A DNA stretch of 64,000 nucleotides from NCBI RefSeq assembly GCF_009914755.1, contig NC_060927.1. One strand, 5' to 3'. The notes under the pieces are model-generated. The model did no database searches. It had not been told where the DNA came from and saw only the letters and a list, made by a program, of their open reading frames with translations. The DNA comes from the human T2T-CHM13v2.0 reference genome, Homo sapiens. The position numbers were made by a program, and so were the translations under genes. Shown piece after piece: positions 30,985-43,225 of the stretch (position 1 is the first letter of the stretch; each line of letters begins with the position of its first letter).

Positions 30985-31913
30985 GAGACATACCTCCCCA
31001 GTGCTCAGCCCCATTCCACACATAGAAAGTGCTCACCTCCATCCCGCTTCAAAGGGCCCCTTCAAATCTATAGTAGCTTGGTAACAATGCGGGAAGGTAC
31101 ACGTACCTTCCTCCATGTCCTCAGATGAGGGTAGAAAAAGGCCTTGTGGCTTGGGCCCACGTGTTGTTCGTGCGAGATAGTCATTGCTAAGAGTAATTAG
31201 AGAACCCTGGTGTGAAAATTGGATTGTCAATTGGGCGGAGCTCTTGCAGAGTTCATGCTTATTTTCTAAATTTGTATAAGTGTATTGATAAATTCTCGAC
31301 CCAGTGCTTCTTCTCAGGGCACTTCACCAGGCACCTTCTAAGCAGAGCCTAGTCACCTCGAATCCCTTCTTCCCAGAGCGACAGGCTTTAGTTTCCTTTC
31401 TTTGTGCTTCTCTGCCACCTCTCCCAACACACACACACAGACTACCGTTCTACTATCCACCACCCCCTAATCCTGTTTTCTTTTTTGGCCTACTAGAAAC
31501 CTTCAGTGCCTCATTTAAAACAGAATCCAAATGTGTCAAGCAAAAATTTGGTTGTCACTTCCTTGAGGACAGGGAAGACTTGATCTTTAAAATAGAATTC
31601 TTTCATTTCTACCTCTTGCCAGTGAGAGGAAGTATTTACTTGGCATATCAGGAAGGTACCTCATTCCCAGATGGGCTAAGTCAACTCCTCCAAAGCAGCA
31701 ACAACAAAAGACCTTCCATATTAAAATAGGTTAATCTTTTACCTATGATTGCATTTGTACTATGTCACTTTACCCTCTGGTTAGCAGATTGAATTAGGAG
31801 AAGATGTTACTTTTTTAAAGTTCTTTACTTTGCGGCCCAGTGAAAACTTCAATAGAGACCAACAAAACTTCCTTTTAGATTGGCCTGAGTTCACAGGCCA
31901 AGAAACAAAGGGG

Positions 31914-32210
31914 TGTTACATTTTAAATGTTATGTCTCCCCAAAATATGTTAAAAGGGCTCTACTATCATGAATGGGATTAGTGTTCTTATAAAAGAAAC
32001 TCCAGAGAGTCACCTTGCCCCTTCCACCACGTGAGGACACAGCAAGAAGGAACTATCTAGAAACCAGAAAGCCGGCATGAGACACCAAATCTGCAAGTGT
32101 CTTGATCTTGGACGTTCTAGTCTCCAGAACTATGAAAAATAAATTTCCATTGGTTATAAGCCACCCAGTTTATGGTATGTTGTTATAGCAACCTGAATGA
32201 AAAAAAGACA
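31914..32210 (+). mobile_element. MLT1A-like solo LTR
   Basis: gaatgggattagtgttcttataaaaga...cttgatcttggac...aataaatttcc...aagaca. Confidence 0.85.
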
Positions 32211-32239
32211 AGAGGTAAAGTGATACCTTTAATTCAGAA

Positions 32240-32460
32240 ACATCTGAATCCCAGTTCAGATCTCAATATAGACGCTCGACAGTTGGGTGTCCTTGGGTAA
32301 GTTACTTAACTTCTAACAGGCTCCAATTTCTAGTGTAGAGATGAGAACGATAAAGTCTCCCTGTTCTGCATTGCCCTAGATGATACACCAGAGCTCGTGT
32401 ATGGACAAGCACCCAGCACAGTGTCTGGCACAGAGAAGGGGGCACATAAATAATATTAAT
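32240..32460 (+). mobile_element. MIR
   Basis: gggtgtccttgggtaagttacttaac. Confidence 0.7.
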
Positions 32461-32624
32461 GCCTTAGCATGGAAGAGACAACAATTGAGAAGGAGAGAAG
32501 GCTCTCACATGCTGCACGAATTGTTTAACAGAACATCCAGAGCACAACCAACACTTCAACAGTTGGCACAAACTATGTTTAAAAATAATAAGGAAAATAA
32601 GACAAAAGAAATATACTGAACAAT

Positions 32625-33120
32625 TCAGTGGTTAAACAACACTGATTCATTGAGCCAATCTACACAGAGTAACTGTATCAGATGAGGACTAAGCACTGGC
32701 AGTAATAATGGGGAAAACAATTCAACTAGTTTTTCTTATCATGGAGCTACAGAGGAGACATAGGTAAATAAACCAGTAACAATACCAACTTGTGGTAAAT
32801 GCTCAGGAAAAGAGAAGATATTTTGAGAGCAAGTGTCTATCAGAGCCCCTGTTGGGAAAAAAAGTTTTCCCAGAGGTAGAGCCATCTCAGCTGAGATCTG
32901 CAACTCAAGGAGGAACCAGCAAGATGGAGAAGGTGGTAACAGGAGACACAGAGGTCTAGTGGTAAAAGCAAGTGAGCCCTTTCAGTGGACTAAAAGAAGT
33001 CAGAGAAGACATTAACTGCAAAAGGGGAATGGGCAAGGGTTATAACTATGCCGGGTCAGACCCAGGCAAGGAAATTTGCTCCCAAAGGCAGTGGAAAGCT
33101 ATCAGGGAGACTTCAGCAGA
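32625..33120 (-). mobile_element. LINE-2 fragment
   Basis: attcattgagccaatcta...atggagctacag...agctgagatctg; degenerate. Confidence 0.5.
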
Positions 33121-33491
33121 AGACTGGCTTGTCTTTGGATAATGAGACTATGGATTTTTTTTTCTTAATTTCTGATTTTTAAAAATCTCTATAACGAGCA
33201 AGTACTATTTATATAATTTTTAAATTGTGTAAACCATTCATCTTAATAAGAAATAAATACAATACACTATTTATCAAATAGGTCCTTTTGGGAAAGAAGG
33301 TCACGGATTTAAATATCCTTAGAATTATCGAGAAAGCAAACCCACCATTTAAAAAGGGAAAAGGGCAACATAATGCCTTTGGCTCATTGTATCAATAGGG
33401 CCTGAGGATCTATAAGGAGGCTTAGCCCAGCTCATGTGCAGACCAGGCTCTGACTCCTTCAACATAACGTTCTCAGAGATTAGTATCTTGA

Positions 33492-33499
33492 TGACGTCA
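33492..33499. promoter_or_regulatory. Perfect palindromic CRE (TGACGTCA)
   Basis: gatgacgtcagcg in unique sequence; motif match only. Confidence 0.35.
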
Positions 33500-34090
33500 G
33501 CGAAGCAAGCTGAAAGGAAGGTTAGAGACCTCTTCAGTGGTTTTCAAACATTTTTTAAAAAGGGACTTTTTTTTCTTTTTCAAGTGCAATCTTAAACATA
33601 AAATAGGTAAAAGATTACTTGCAAGTTGAACAGGGAGGGAAATGTGGTAAAGAGCCGGAATTGGGATGACTTGATCTCTATTTCCTAAGGTGAATTCCTC
33701 CCAGAAATGCGAGGGTGCCTCAGAAGAGTTTAAACTTTACCAACATAGGTTCAACATCAAAGAAACTGCAATCCACAGAGGGGAAGCCAGTGGCTGTGGC
33801 ACTGGAAAGGATTTGCACAAGGTCACGGGTTAGTGCAGAGCAAGGATGAGAACTCATGTACCTGTCCTGCATTCATTCTGGCTTCCTCCACCCCCCAAAA
33901 ATGGGCAAAAACGAAAACAAACAAACAAAAACACAACTGCCTAAAATTAGGGTATTCAAGTCAAAAAAATGGAATGACAGCCAGAGCAGGTCATGTCTTT
34001 GTGGAAACCCCCGCCTCACCTCCCAGGACCGTGTCACATCTACAGGAGGTCACACTCCAGTCAGCCTGCCAAGGATCTCCAAGGTAGTTC

Positions 34091-34600
34091 TGTATATTAG
34101 TTTGGATTCCAACTTCTAGAGCCAAAACAACAACGAAAGGAGGACTTATTGGCTCATATAATAGGGAAGGCTAAAGTCAGTTCCTCGAAATAACTCTCTC
34201 ACCTTTCCTTGGCTCCTCTCTCCTCTGGATTTCTTAATTTTGATGGTGGGTTCTCTCCATTTGGTGCCAAAAGTGGCCACTTACAATTCTGAATAGAAAA
34301 GTTTCTTAAAATCTCAGTCTGAAGACAAGTGGAACTCTTGTCTGATAATTCCAGCAAAACTCCTCGGAAAGCTCTTGATGGGCCTAATTTAATACAGGTG
34401 CCCATCCCTGAACCAAATCACTGCAATCAGGGAAAATTGATCCTGAATTGGCTTGGCCTGAGTCTTGAACGCACCCCTGGACCCTCAAAATAGAATTATC
34501 CCCATCTAGGGCTTAGGGTAGTGAGGAGGGTGGGAGTGGGAAATGGGTGGTTCTCCAAGGAAAGGAGATGGGATGCTTGGCCAACAAATACTAGACATAT
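34091..34600 (-). mobile_element. Old MaLR LTR (MLT1K/L-like)
   Basis: ttattggctcatataata...caggtgcccatccctgaaccaaatcactg. Confidence 0.65.
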
Positions 34601-34925
34601 CCTTGATATTTCAGGCCTATAATAGGTCATTTCCTAATTGGTGAAAGCGGGATTATTTGTGTAAAGGGCATCCTCAGAGATGCACATGACACTGCTTTTC
34701 TGCTGTGAATAGCCAGAAATTGCTTACAATCCTAATTGAATCAGACCCCAGCAAAACTCGATTGTGCCACTAGAGCTGAAGTGAAATGAAATCAGCTGAA
34801 TTAAAAGATTTCTATTTTACTTGCAGTTAGATGGGTCCCAAACCACTCCTAATAATGTAAATCCTGAGCCTGATACTGGCATTTAGTCTTTGTCTTTACT
34901 ACAGGTAACTATAAGAAGAAAGAAA

Positions 34926-35247
<322 letters not shown>

Positions 35248-35615
35248 TTAAAAGTTCCACACATTATTATGATCCAAACATGGTATGAATCTTTTTAGCA
35301 CCCAATTTTAAGGATTTTCTACAAAGACCGCAGTGGAAACTATTGTGTACAGATCATTATAATATAATTAATGGCAAATTTTTTAAGGAATATGATATTT
35401 TCAGAGCACAGAAAAACACTTAGCATCTGCTTTTGCCTTCCCTGCACCACAGGCATGGGGAATAAGGTCACATGCATATTTCAGAGCTATAGACATTTCA
35501 TGTTTTCTAATTCTTGGGTTTCCAAAATAGCTCTCAAGTTTCTTCAAAGGTTTAGTTCACAAAACAGAGCTAAAATGTAATGAGAAAAGGCTGAAAGAAA
35601 ACCTCTAACCCAGGG

Positions 35616-35698
35616 ACATCAGGTGGCGTTTGAGAAGCATTTTAATGACAAAGCTGAAATCCGCATCTGTTAGCACCTTTCATAACGCCCCCTGGACA
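35616..35698. promoter_or_regulatory. Convergent pair of CTCF-like motifs in a degenerate inverted repeat
   Basis: acatcaggtggcgtt (+, 35616-35630) and tgtccagggggcgtt (-, 35684-35698) resemble CCASYAGRKGGCRS. Confidence 0.4.
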
Positions 35699-36469
35699 AT
35701 GCACTGAATCCATTTAACTCTTGGCATCTGAGAACAAGGGATTCTCCGGGTCCAGCAACTGTTCAATGCACCCAACATAAGCCATGGAATGGCTCAGAGG
35801 GGGTAAAAACAAAACAAAATAAGCCAAAATGAAACTTCTCTCTGCTTGTCCTGCCCTGAAGGGAAAGATAACTTAATCCACGCTGGTTAAATCACAAGTG
35901 AACCATGGGTAAGGGCCCCGGGTCAATCCAGGACAAGAGAATGACATCTGTTAATGTTTGGGGATGGGATTGTTCCCTGGGCACTTTTAGAAACAATGCC
36001 AGCTCTGAAATGCTGCTGGTCACTTTTTCCCTTCAGATGTAAACCTCATTCTTCGAACTTTAATAGGAACCAAATCTCATGCACCACAGTTAACATGGCA
36101 ACATATCCATTTCGTGCCTTTGCCTTGGAGAATCTTTTTTTTTTTTTTAAGTGCAAAAGTTTCTCTACCAAGATAAGATAGAACAGATTGAAAAGTACAT
36201 ATGGTAAGTTAATTCAGGTATTGGATGGCCTGAGGCTTAACATTACATCTTCTCAAACCTGGTCAGTTTGGCAAATCTTCATTCTCAATTGGCTTACTGC
36301 TATACAGAGAAATCCCGGTAATCCTGAAGGACGTAAATAGTTTTCTTTTAACCATAATAAAACATCTATGAGTACCTCTGTAGGGAAAATAAACCGAGAG
36401 AATATTGTAGAACACTGCGGTTTAGACATTTCCCCGACTCCTCTAGTTTTGCTTTCAGCTCACATTTTT

Positions 36470-36855
36470 TTCTTTCTTAAGTTTTTTCCTCTGTTTAATT
36501 GACATATAATAATTATACAAATTTATGGGATACATAGTGTTTCAATTCATATAATGTGTAGTGATCATAACAGGGTAATTAGCATATCCATCATCTTTAA
36601 TATTTATCATTTCTTTGTGTTAGGAACATTCAATATCCTCCTTCCAGCTATTTGAAACTATATATTATTGTTAACTCTAGTCATCCTACAGTGCTATAGA
36701 ACACTAGAACTAATTCCTCCTAGCTAGCTGTCATTTTGCCACTTTAGCAAATGGCTCCCTTTCCCTCCCTTCCCCCTACCCTTCCCAGCCTCCAGTATTC
36801 TCTGTTCTACTTTTTGCTTCTATGAGATCAGCTTTTCTTAGCTTCCACCTATGAC
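36470..36855 (-). mobile_element. L1MA-type 3' end
   Basis: cagggtaattagcatatccatcatc...ttctatgagatcagc; TSD cagct(c/g)acattttt. Confidence 0.88.
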
Positions 36856-37248
36856 CAGCAGCTGACATTTTTTGAGGGCCTAATACATACCAGACATTCA
36901 GAATACAAAGATGAGCAAAAGCTCACCCACAGGTGGGAGACAAACACATCAAGAAACAGTGACAATCCATGTAACTATTGAAAACAGAGAATCAGAAGAA
37001 AGGGAAGCTAACTTAGCCAGGCTAAGGAGGCATAATTAGGAAAGGTTCATGGAGTGGGTATCCTTTGACCTTTGTGAATTAAACGAGAATTCACCAGGTG
37101 GAAAGTGGTGTTAAGTGGAGGGGCCAGAAAAAAGAGTGGGGAGTACATTATCAACTGAAGAAGACAAATGAACATTATCTCAAACCCTAACTCTAATTGA
37201 TTGGGAGTGCCTTCTCAAAGTGTGGCAATGACAAAGTCTACGAAGCTA

Positions 37249-37705
37249 TGTGGCAGGCATTACCCAAGTGCCACCATCATCCAACCCATCCTTCACTAAG
37301 TCCAACTCACCCCTGAGCTCAATTCTGGGCTCTGTGGACAGTTCTTTTGCATTAGGGTAGCTTCCTGTTTCCACCACGTGCAACTCTCTGCTCTTCTGGC
37401 TAAGGATTTTCTGATTCCTTGGAAACCCAAGGGCAAGGCAGCCTGCAAGTACTAAGGATTTAATGCTTCCAGAGGAAAACTTTATCCAGTGAAGAAATGG
37501 GAATCACTGGGAAAATAAGCAAGCGTCCCCTTCCTTCATGGGCATTGTTCTCAGGTGCATCCTATACAAGGATCGCAGGATCCCCAGTGGGATTGAACCC
37601 ATTTGTCTATAGCAGTAACTCATTCATCAACATATTGACTTCTGTCTTCCCTGTCTCATTTTCCTCACTCATTTAAACTTCCGGGAATCACCTTTCAAAC
37701 ACTAC
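37249..37705 (+). mobile_element. LTR16-like ERVL LTR
   Basis: ccccagtgggattgaaccc...agcagtaactcattcat...cttccgggaatcacc. Confidence 0.7.
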
Positions 37706-38218
37706 GCATTAGATATCTATTGCAATGTAACAAATTATCTTCAAATTTAGCAGCTTAAAACAATATACATTTATAACCTCTTGTAGTTTCTATAGGTCAG
37801 GAAATTAGGAGAAGCTTGGCTGAGAGGCTCTGGTTCTAGGACCCTCATGAGGTTGCCATCAGTTAAAGGCATGATTAGGGCTGACAGATCTACTTCCAAG
37901 ATGGTTCACTCAGGTGACTGGTAAGTTGGTATTGGCTGTTAGCAGTTGGCCTTACCATGTGAGTTTCTCCACAGGGTTGCTTAAGGGTCTTCCTGACATG
38001 GCAACTGGCTTCCCCCAGAGGACACGATCCACAAGAGCAAGGCAGTAGTCATGATATCTTTTATGACTTAGCCTTGGAAGTCACACACAGTCATTTCTGC
38101 AGGACTCTATTGGTCAAACAGGCCAGCCTCATACAATATGGGATGGAACCATACAAGGGTATGGATACACGAGAGAGGCTAGGATCATTGGGGAAGATCT
38201 TGGAGGCTGGCTATCATA
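37706..38218 (-). mobile_element. MLT1F-like solo LTR adjoining/inserted in LTR16
   Basis: tattgcaatgtaacaaattat...ttagcagcttaaaacaa...ttggaggctggctatcata. Confidence 0.82.
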
Positions 38219-39139
38219 CTTTGTCTTAGGGTTCAGCATGAAAGTTTGTCCTGTTTCATTCATGATGTCCACCATGCATGGGACATGAGGGTGCTGCCAT
38301 GCATGCTAGCATGCTGAGGGTCTATTTCCCTGAAATTTCTGGATTTAATTCCCAAAACTTTCAGAGATTAAGTAGATTCTGTCCAAGACCTAAAAACTCA
38401 CTTCCATTTTGGATGTAACTCTTCCAAAATTAAGCCAGTCCCAACTTCCTACTAATTTATTCTTTTAGGAGTCATGTCACTGAGAAGGACTGGGACAATA
38501 CCTTTCCACTTTATTTGGAAACATTTTCAGATCCTTCAATTGTTTTTTAACAATGCCAGGCTGCTTCCATCACTAATATAAGTACAAAATCCTAAAGACA
38601 TGGTTCCTTCTAATTTCTAATTTATATGCATTCTTTTGCAAAACTAGTCACTAGGAAATGGCAACAGAAAACCTAAATTACCCTTCAATATTACCATATT
38701 CATACCCACATGGGAATTCCACAGTATAAATCAGATCTAAATAAACAAGTTCTGCCCCCAGATTGCATAAGATGTATAAATGACATCAGGTAATTCAGTT
38801 TGCAGATGACAGTTCAAAGCCTTCCTCTTTGCCTTCTTGTTACAAACCTATGATAAATATGTCCAAAGTAGAAAAATTGTCAAGTGGCCAAAAGAGGTTC
38901 ACCAAGGGGAAGAGTTTTGCTTGATCTATGTTTCAACCTCTCCCCGAAATAACTTGTCAATCCATAAGATGAATAATATCCTTAGTTTGCTTCCATGGAA
39001 CATTTAAATGACAATCCAATTTTACAATTACATTTCCTCAGGTGTACCACCTTGCTTATATCAAGATTATATAAGCATGCAAGATTTAAGTTAGTAAATG
39101 CAGAGCAAAACATAAATATTTATGCCTATGAACACACTA

Positions 39140-39391
<252 letters not shown>

Positions 39392-40187
39392 CTATCTTTT
39401 CATAATGTATTCTTAGGTCCAGGGGGATAGAAATAAAACATTAGCATTAGAATGTTAGAATAAAATGTGTGCATTAAATAAACAAAGATGTTTACCTGGA
39501 AAGGAACAGACTAGACCAACAAAAACCTCAACAGAATTGTTCAGGTTTAAAGCCATCTCCATTGCCACAAGGCTCAATCTTTTGTTGATTGTCATCTTTT
39601 ATTGTGACATTAGCTAGAAGAGTCAGAGGGGTTTGTGTGTGTGTGTTTGGTGGTGGCGGTGGGGGCGGGGGGTAGGTTGTTGTTTTTTACAAGGAGAGAT
39701 CAATCTCTTTTTAACCATTCTCCATCTTAAGAAAAAAAGATTGCTTAAACTCTGAGAGGTATAGGATTTATTTAGGATGCCAGGGAGACAGATTTTAACT
39801 CGCTTAATCACAGTGAAATCTCACAATCTAAAATAATTACCAGTACTTGGCAGACAAACTATTATCTGTTGTAGATAATCAGTAGAGAGAACCAGGCTAG
39901 ATGGTTAAGAATCTAAGACAGGCTTTTTGTTGTTGATCAAGAGGAGAATCATCAGGCCTGAATTATTCTCCCTAACTTCTTCTTTTTTTCTCTGCCAACC
40001 CAAGCTCAAAGTGAAATTACCACAGTATTTGTCTATATTTGTAGGTGAATCCCATCTCCATATGGTGTCTGTGAAGAAGTCTATTTATTTATCTAGATTA
40101 TAACAGTGATATGTGATTAATATATTTTGTTTAATATATGTTTTCTGTGTGGCAAAATAGTCTTGCTTTTTAAAAAATAAAAGAAAT

Positions 40188-40510
40188 GGCCAGGTGCAGT
40201 GGCTCACGCCTGTAATCCCAGCACTTTGGGGGGCCAAGACAGGCGGATCATCTGAGGTCAAAAATTCCAGACCAGCCTGGCCAACATGGCGAAACCCTGT
40301 CTCTACTAAAAATACAAAAATTAGCCAGGTGTGGTGGCGGGTGCCTGTAATCTCAGCTACTCAGGAGTCTGAGGCAGGATAATAGCTTGAACCCAGGAGG
40401 CCGAGGCTGCAGGGAGCTGAGATCGTGCCACTGCACTCCAGCCTGGGCGACAGAGCGAGACTCTGCCTCAAAATAAATAAATAAACAAATAAATAAAATA
40501 ACATAAAATA
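40188..40510 (+). mobile_element. AluSx-like
   Basis: Full dimer with (AAAT)n tail. Confidence 0.93.
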
Positions 40511-40593
40511 AAAAAGTAGTGAGTTCTGCTGAGTCATTCATCCACAAAGTCCTGAGAACAGCAATTGAGAACAGCTGGGGGAATGCCTTCATC

Positions 40594-43180
40594 TTTTTTT
40601 TTTTTTTTTCATTTAATAACGGCTTTGTTGAGATATAATGCACATACCATAAAATCCATCTTGTTAAAGTATACAATTCTGTGTTTTCAGCATATTCACA
40701 AAGGTGTGCAACATCACCACTATCTAATTCCAGAATATTGTCATTATCCCAAAAAGAATCCCCATGCCTGTTAGCAGCCATTCCCCACCTCCTCCTTCAT
40801 CCAGCCCCTAGCAACAACTAACCCATCTCTGTCTCTATAAATTAGCCGATTCTGGACAATTCATATAAATGGAATGCTACAATATGCAGCCTTTTATGAA
40901 GGACTCCTTTCCCTTATTCAAGGTTCATCCATGTTGTAGAAGATAGAAGTATTTACTTCTTTGTTTGGCTAAGTAATACTATTGTATGTTCATACCATAT
41001 TTTGTGTATCCATTCATCAATTGAGGGACATTTGTGTTGTTTCCACCTTTTGGCTGTTATTAATTCTATGAACATTCATGCAAAAGTTTTTATGTGAACA
41101 TATGTTTTTAATTCTTTAGGGTCTATACCTAAAGTTGGAATTTCTGGGTCATATGGTACCTCTATCTTGAATTTGTGAGGAACTTCCAAACTGTCCTCAA
41201 AATGGTTGTACCATTTTGCATTCCCACCAGCAATGTATGAGAGTTCCAATTTCTCCACATCCTCACAACACTTGTTATTTTTGTCTTTTTGATATAGCCA
41301 TCCTAATAAATGTGAAATGATATCTCATGTGGCATTGACGTACATTTCCCTAATGAATAATGATGTGGAACATCTTTTAATGTGCTTATTGGCTATTTAT
41401 ATATCGTTTTTGGAGGAAGATCTATTCAAATCCTTTTTCCATTTTTAAATTAGATGTTTCTTTTTATTGTTGAGTTGTAAAAAGTTATTTAAATATTCTA
41501 GATACTAGACCCTTATCACATATGTGATTTGAAAATATATTCTCCATTATCTGGGTTGTCTTTTAATTTTATTGATGGTGTCCTTTGAAGCATAAAAGTT
41601 TTTAATTTTGATGGCATCCAATTTCTTTTTCTGTTACTTATGCCATTGGTGTTATTTCTAAGAAACCATATCTAATCCAATGTCACAAAAAATTAATTTT
41701 GGTTCTTACATTTAAATTTATGATCTGTTGCAAATTAATTTTTGTATATCATGTGAAGTAGGGAGAACAACTTCATTCTATTGCATGTGGGTATCCAGTT
41801 GTCTCAGCATCATTTGATGAAAAGACTGCTTTTCTTATTAAATTGGCACTCTTGGCAAAAATCAATTAATTATAAATGCTAGGGTTTTTTCCTAGGCTTT
41901 TAATTCTACATTATTCATGTACTTGTCTTGTTTGTCTATCTTTATGGCAGTACTATATCATCTCGATTAATATAAATTCATAGGAAGATTCGAAATCAGA
42001 AAGTGCAAAGCCTACAACTTCATTCTGCTTTTTCAAGATTGGTTTGGTTATTCTGGGCCCCTTGCATTTCCACATGAACTTCAGGATTTGCTTTTCCATT
42101 TATGCAAAGAAGGGCAGCTTGGATTTGAAAGAGACTGCATTGAATATGTAGACCAATTTGGGGAGTATTGCCATTTTAACAGTATTAATTCTTACAATCT
42201 ATAAACATAGAATGTCTTCCCACTTATTTAGGTATTTCTTAACTTCACTGAAATGGTTTTTAGTTTTCAGTGCCAAATCTCACAATTCTTTTGTGAAATT
42301 TATTCCTCCTAAGTATTTTATTCCTTTTTGTGCTATTGTAGAGAGAATTTCTTTCTTGATTTCATTTTCAATTTGTCCATTGCTGGTGTATATAACTGAG
42401 TTTTGTGTATTGATCTTGTGTCCTGCAACTTTACTGAACTTCTTTATTAACTCCAATAATTCTTTTGTGGATTCACTATGATTTTTTATATAGAATTTCT
42501 GTGGCTTTTTAGAGTCCCAGGAATATGTCAGAGCCCTTCAAAGACCCCTGCAAATGTCTCATTCCTCAGTTTTTCCATTTAAGTTTCTTGGTCAACCTCT
42601 CGTTAGCCCCAACTGGTAATGGCACCTCAGACAGCTGTAATATTAAACATTTGCTGCCAATTGTTTTCAACAAGTATCTTGAAGATAACACTATTCATAC
42701 AGAGTGAGTTCTGAATCAAGTCAAATAAAAACAAGCCCTGAGAATGGAGCTTTTCAGCAAGCTTTCAGACAAGCCAAATAGTGGAAATTCTCTGGGGATC
42801 AGGCTTTAGGAAAACTCCAAACCTATTTTTTCCCTTCCAGTGGCTGATAGGCTACTGGTTTTCACAGCAATCATAACTGTAATCCTGATGGTTTTCAAGG
42901 CTACTATGGCTGGGGAAGAGGAAAGAATTATAAATTTTAAAGTGCTATAAATCTAATTGTTCTTACAAAGTTTCAATTATTTTTCTTAAATAAACACTCC
43001 TCAGATTGTTGTAAGCCTTTAGTTATTTCTAGAGTTCTTCAAAAGTTGATTTTGACAGGTTTTTTGTTGGTTTGGTTGGTTGGTTTTATTTGTTTATTTG
43101 TTTGTTTGCAAGTGTTCTTATTTCTTCATTTCTTTTATGAAGAAGTGAATTTTCAGAGATCCTTAATCATTCTAGAAGTC
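40594..43180 (-). mobile_element. Old L1 (L1MB-like): 3' 1.9 kb joined to probable L1M 5'UTR sequence
   Basis: T-tail and ctttgttgagatataat... 3'UTR; ORF2 remnant WYNHFEDSLEVPHKFKIEVPYDPEIPTLGIDPKELKT; 42495-43180 resembles an old L1M 5' end. Confidence 0.75.
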
Positions 43181-43190
43181 AGCCCAATGC

Positions 43191-43192
43191 AT

Positions 43193-43223
<31 letters not shown>

Positions 43224-43225
43224 TT
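43191..43225. repeat. (ATTT)n microsatellite
   Basis: atttatttatttat... Confidence 0.9.

Noticed and set aside
34811-34910. 78-nt exon-like segment between ttttacttgcag and cag/gtaact
   Set aside because: Splice-like signals only; no recognisable coding content or transcript evidence
39625-39680. G-rich tract as G-quadruplex
   Set aside because: Low-complexity GT/GGT run with irregular G-tracts; unremarkable
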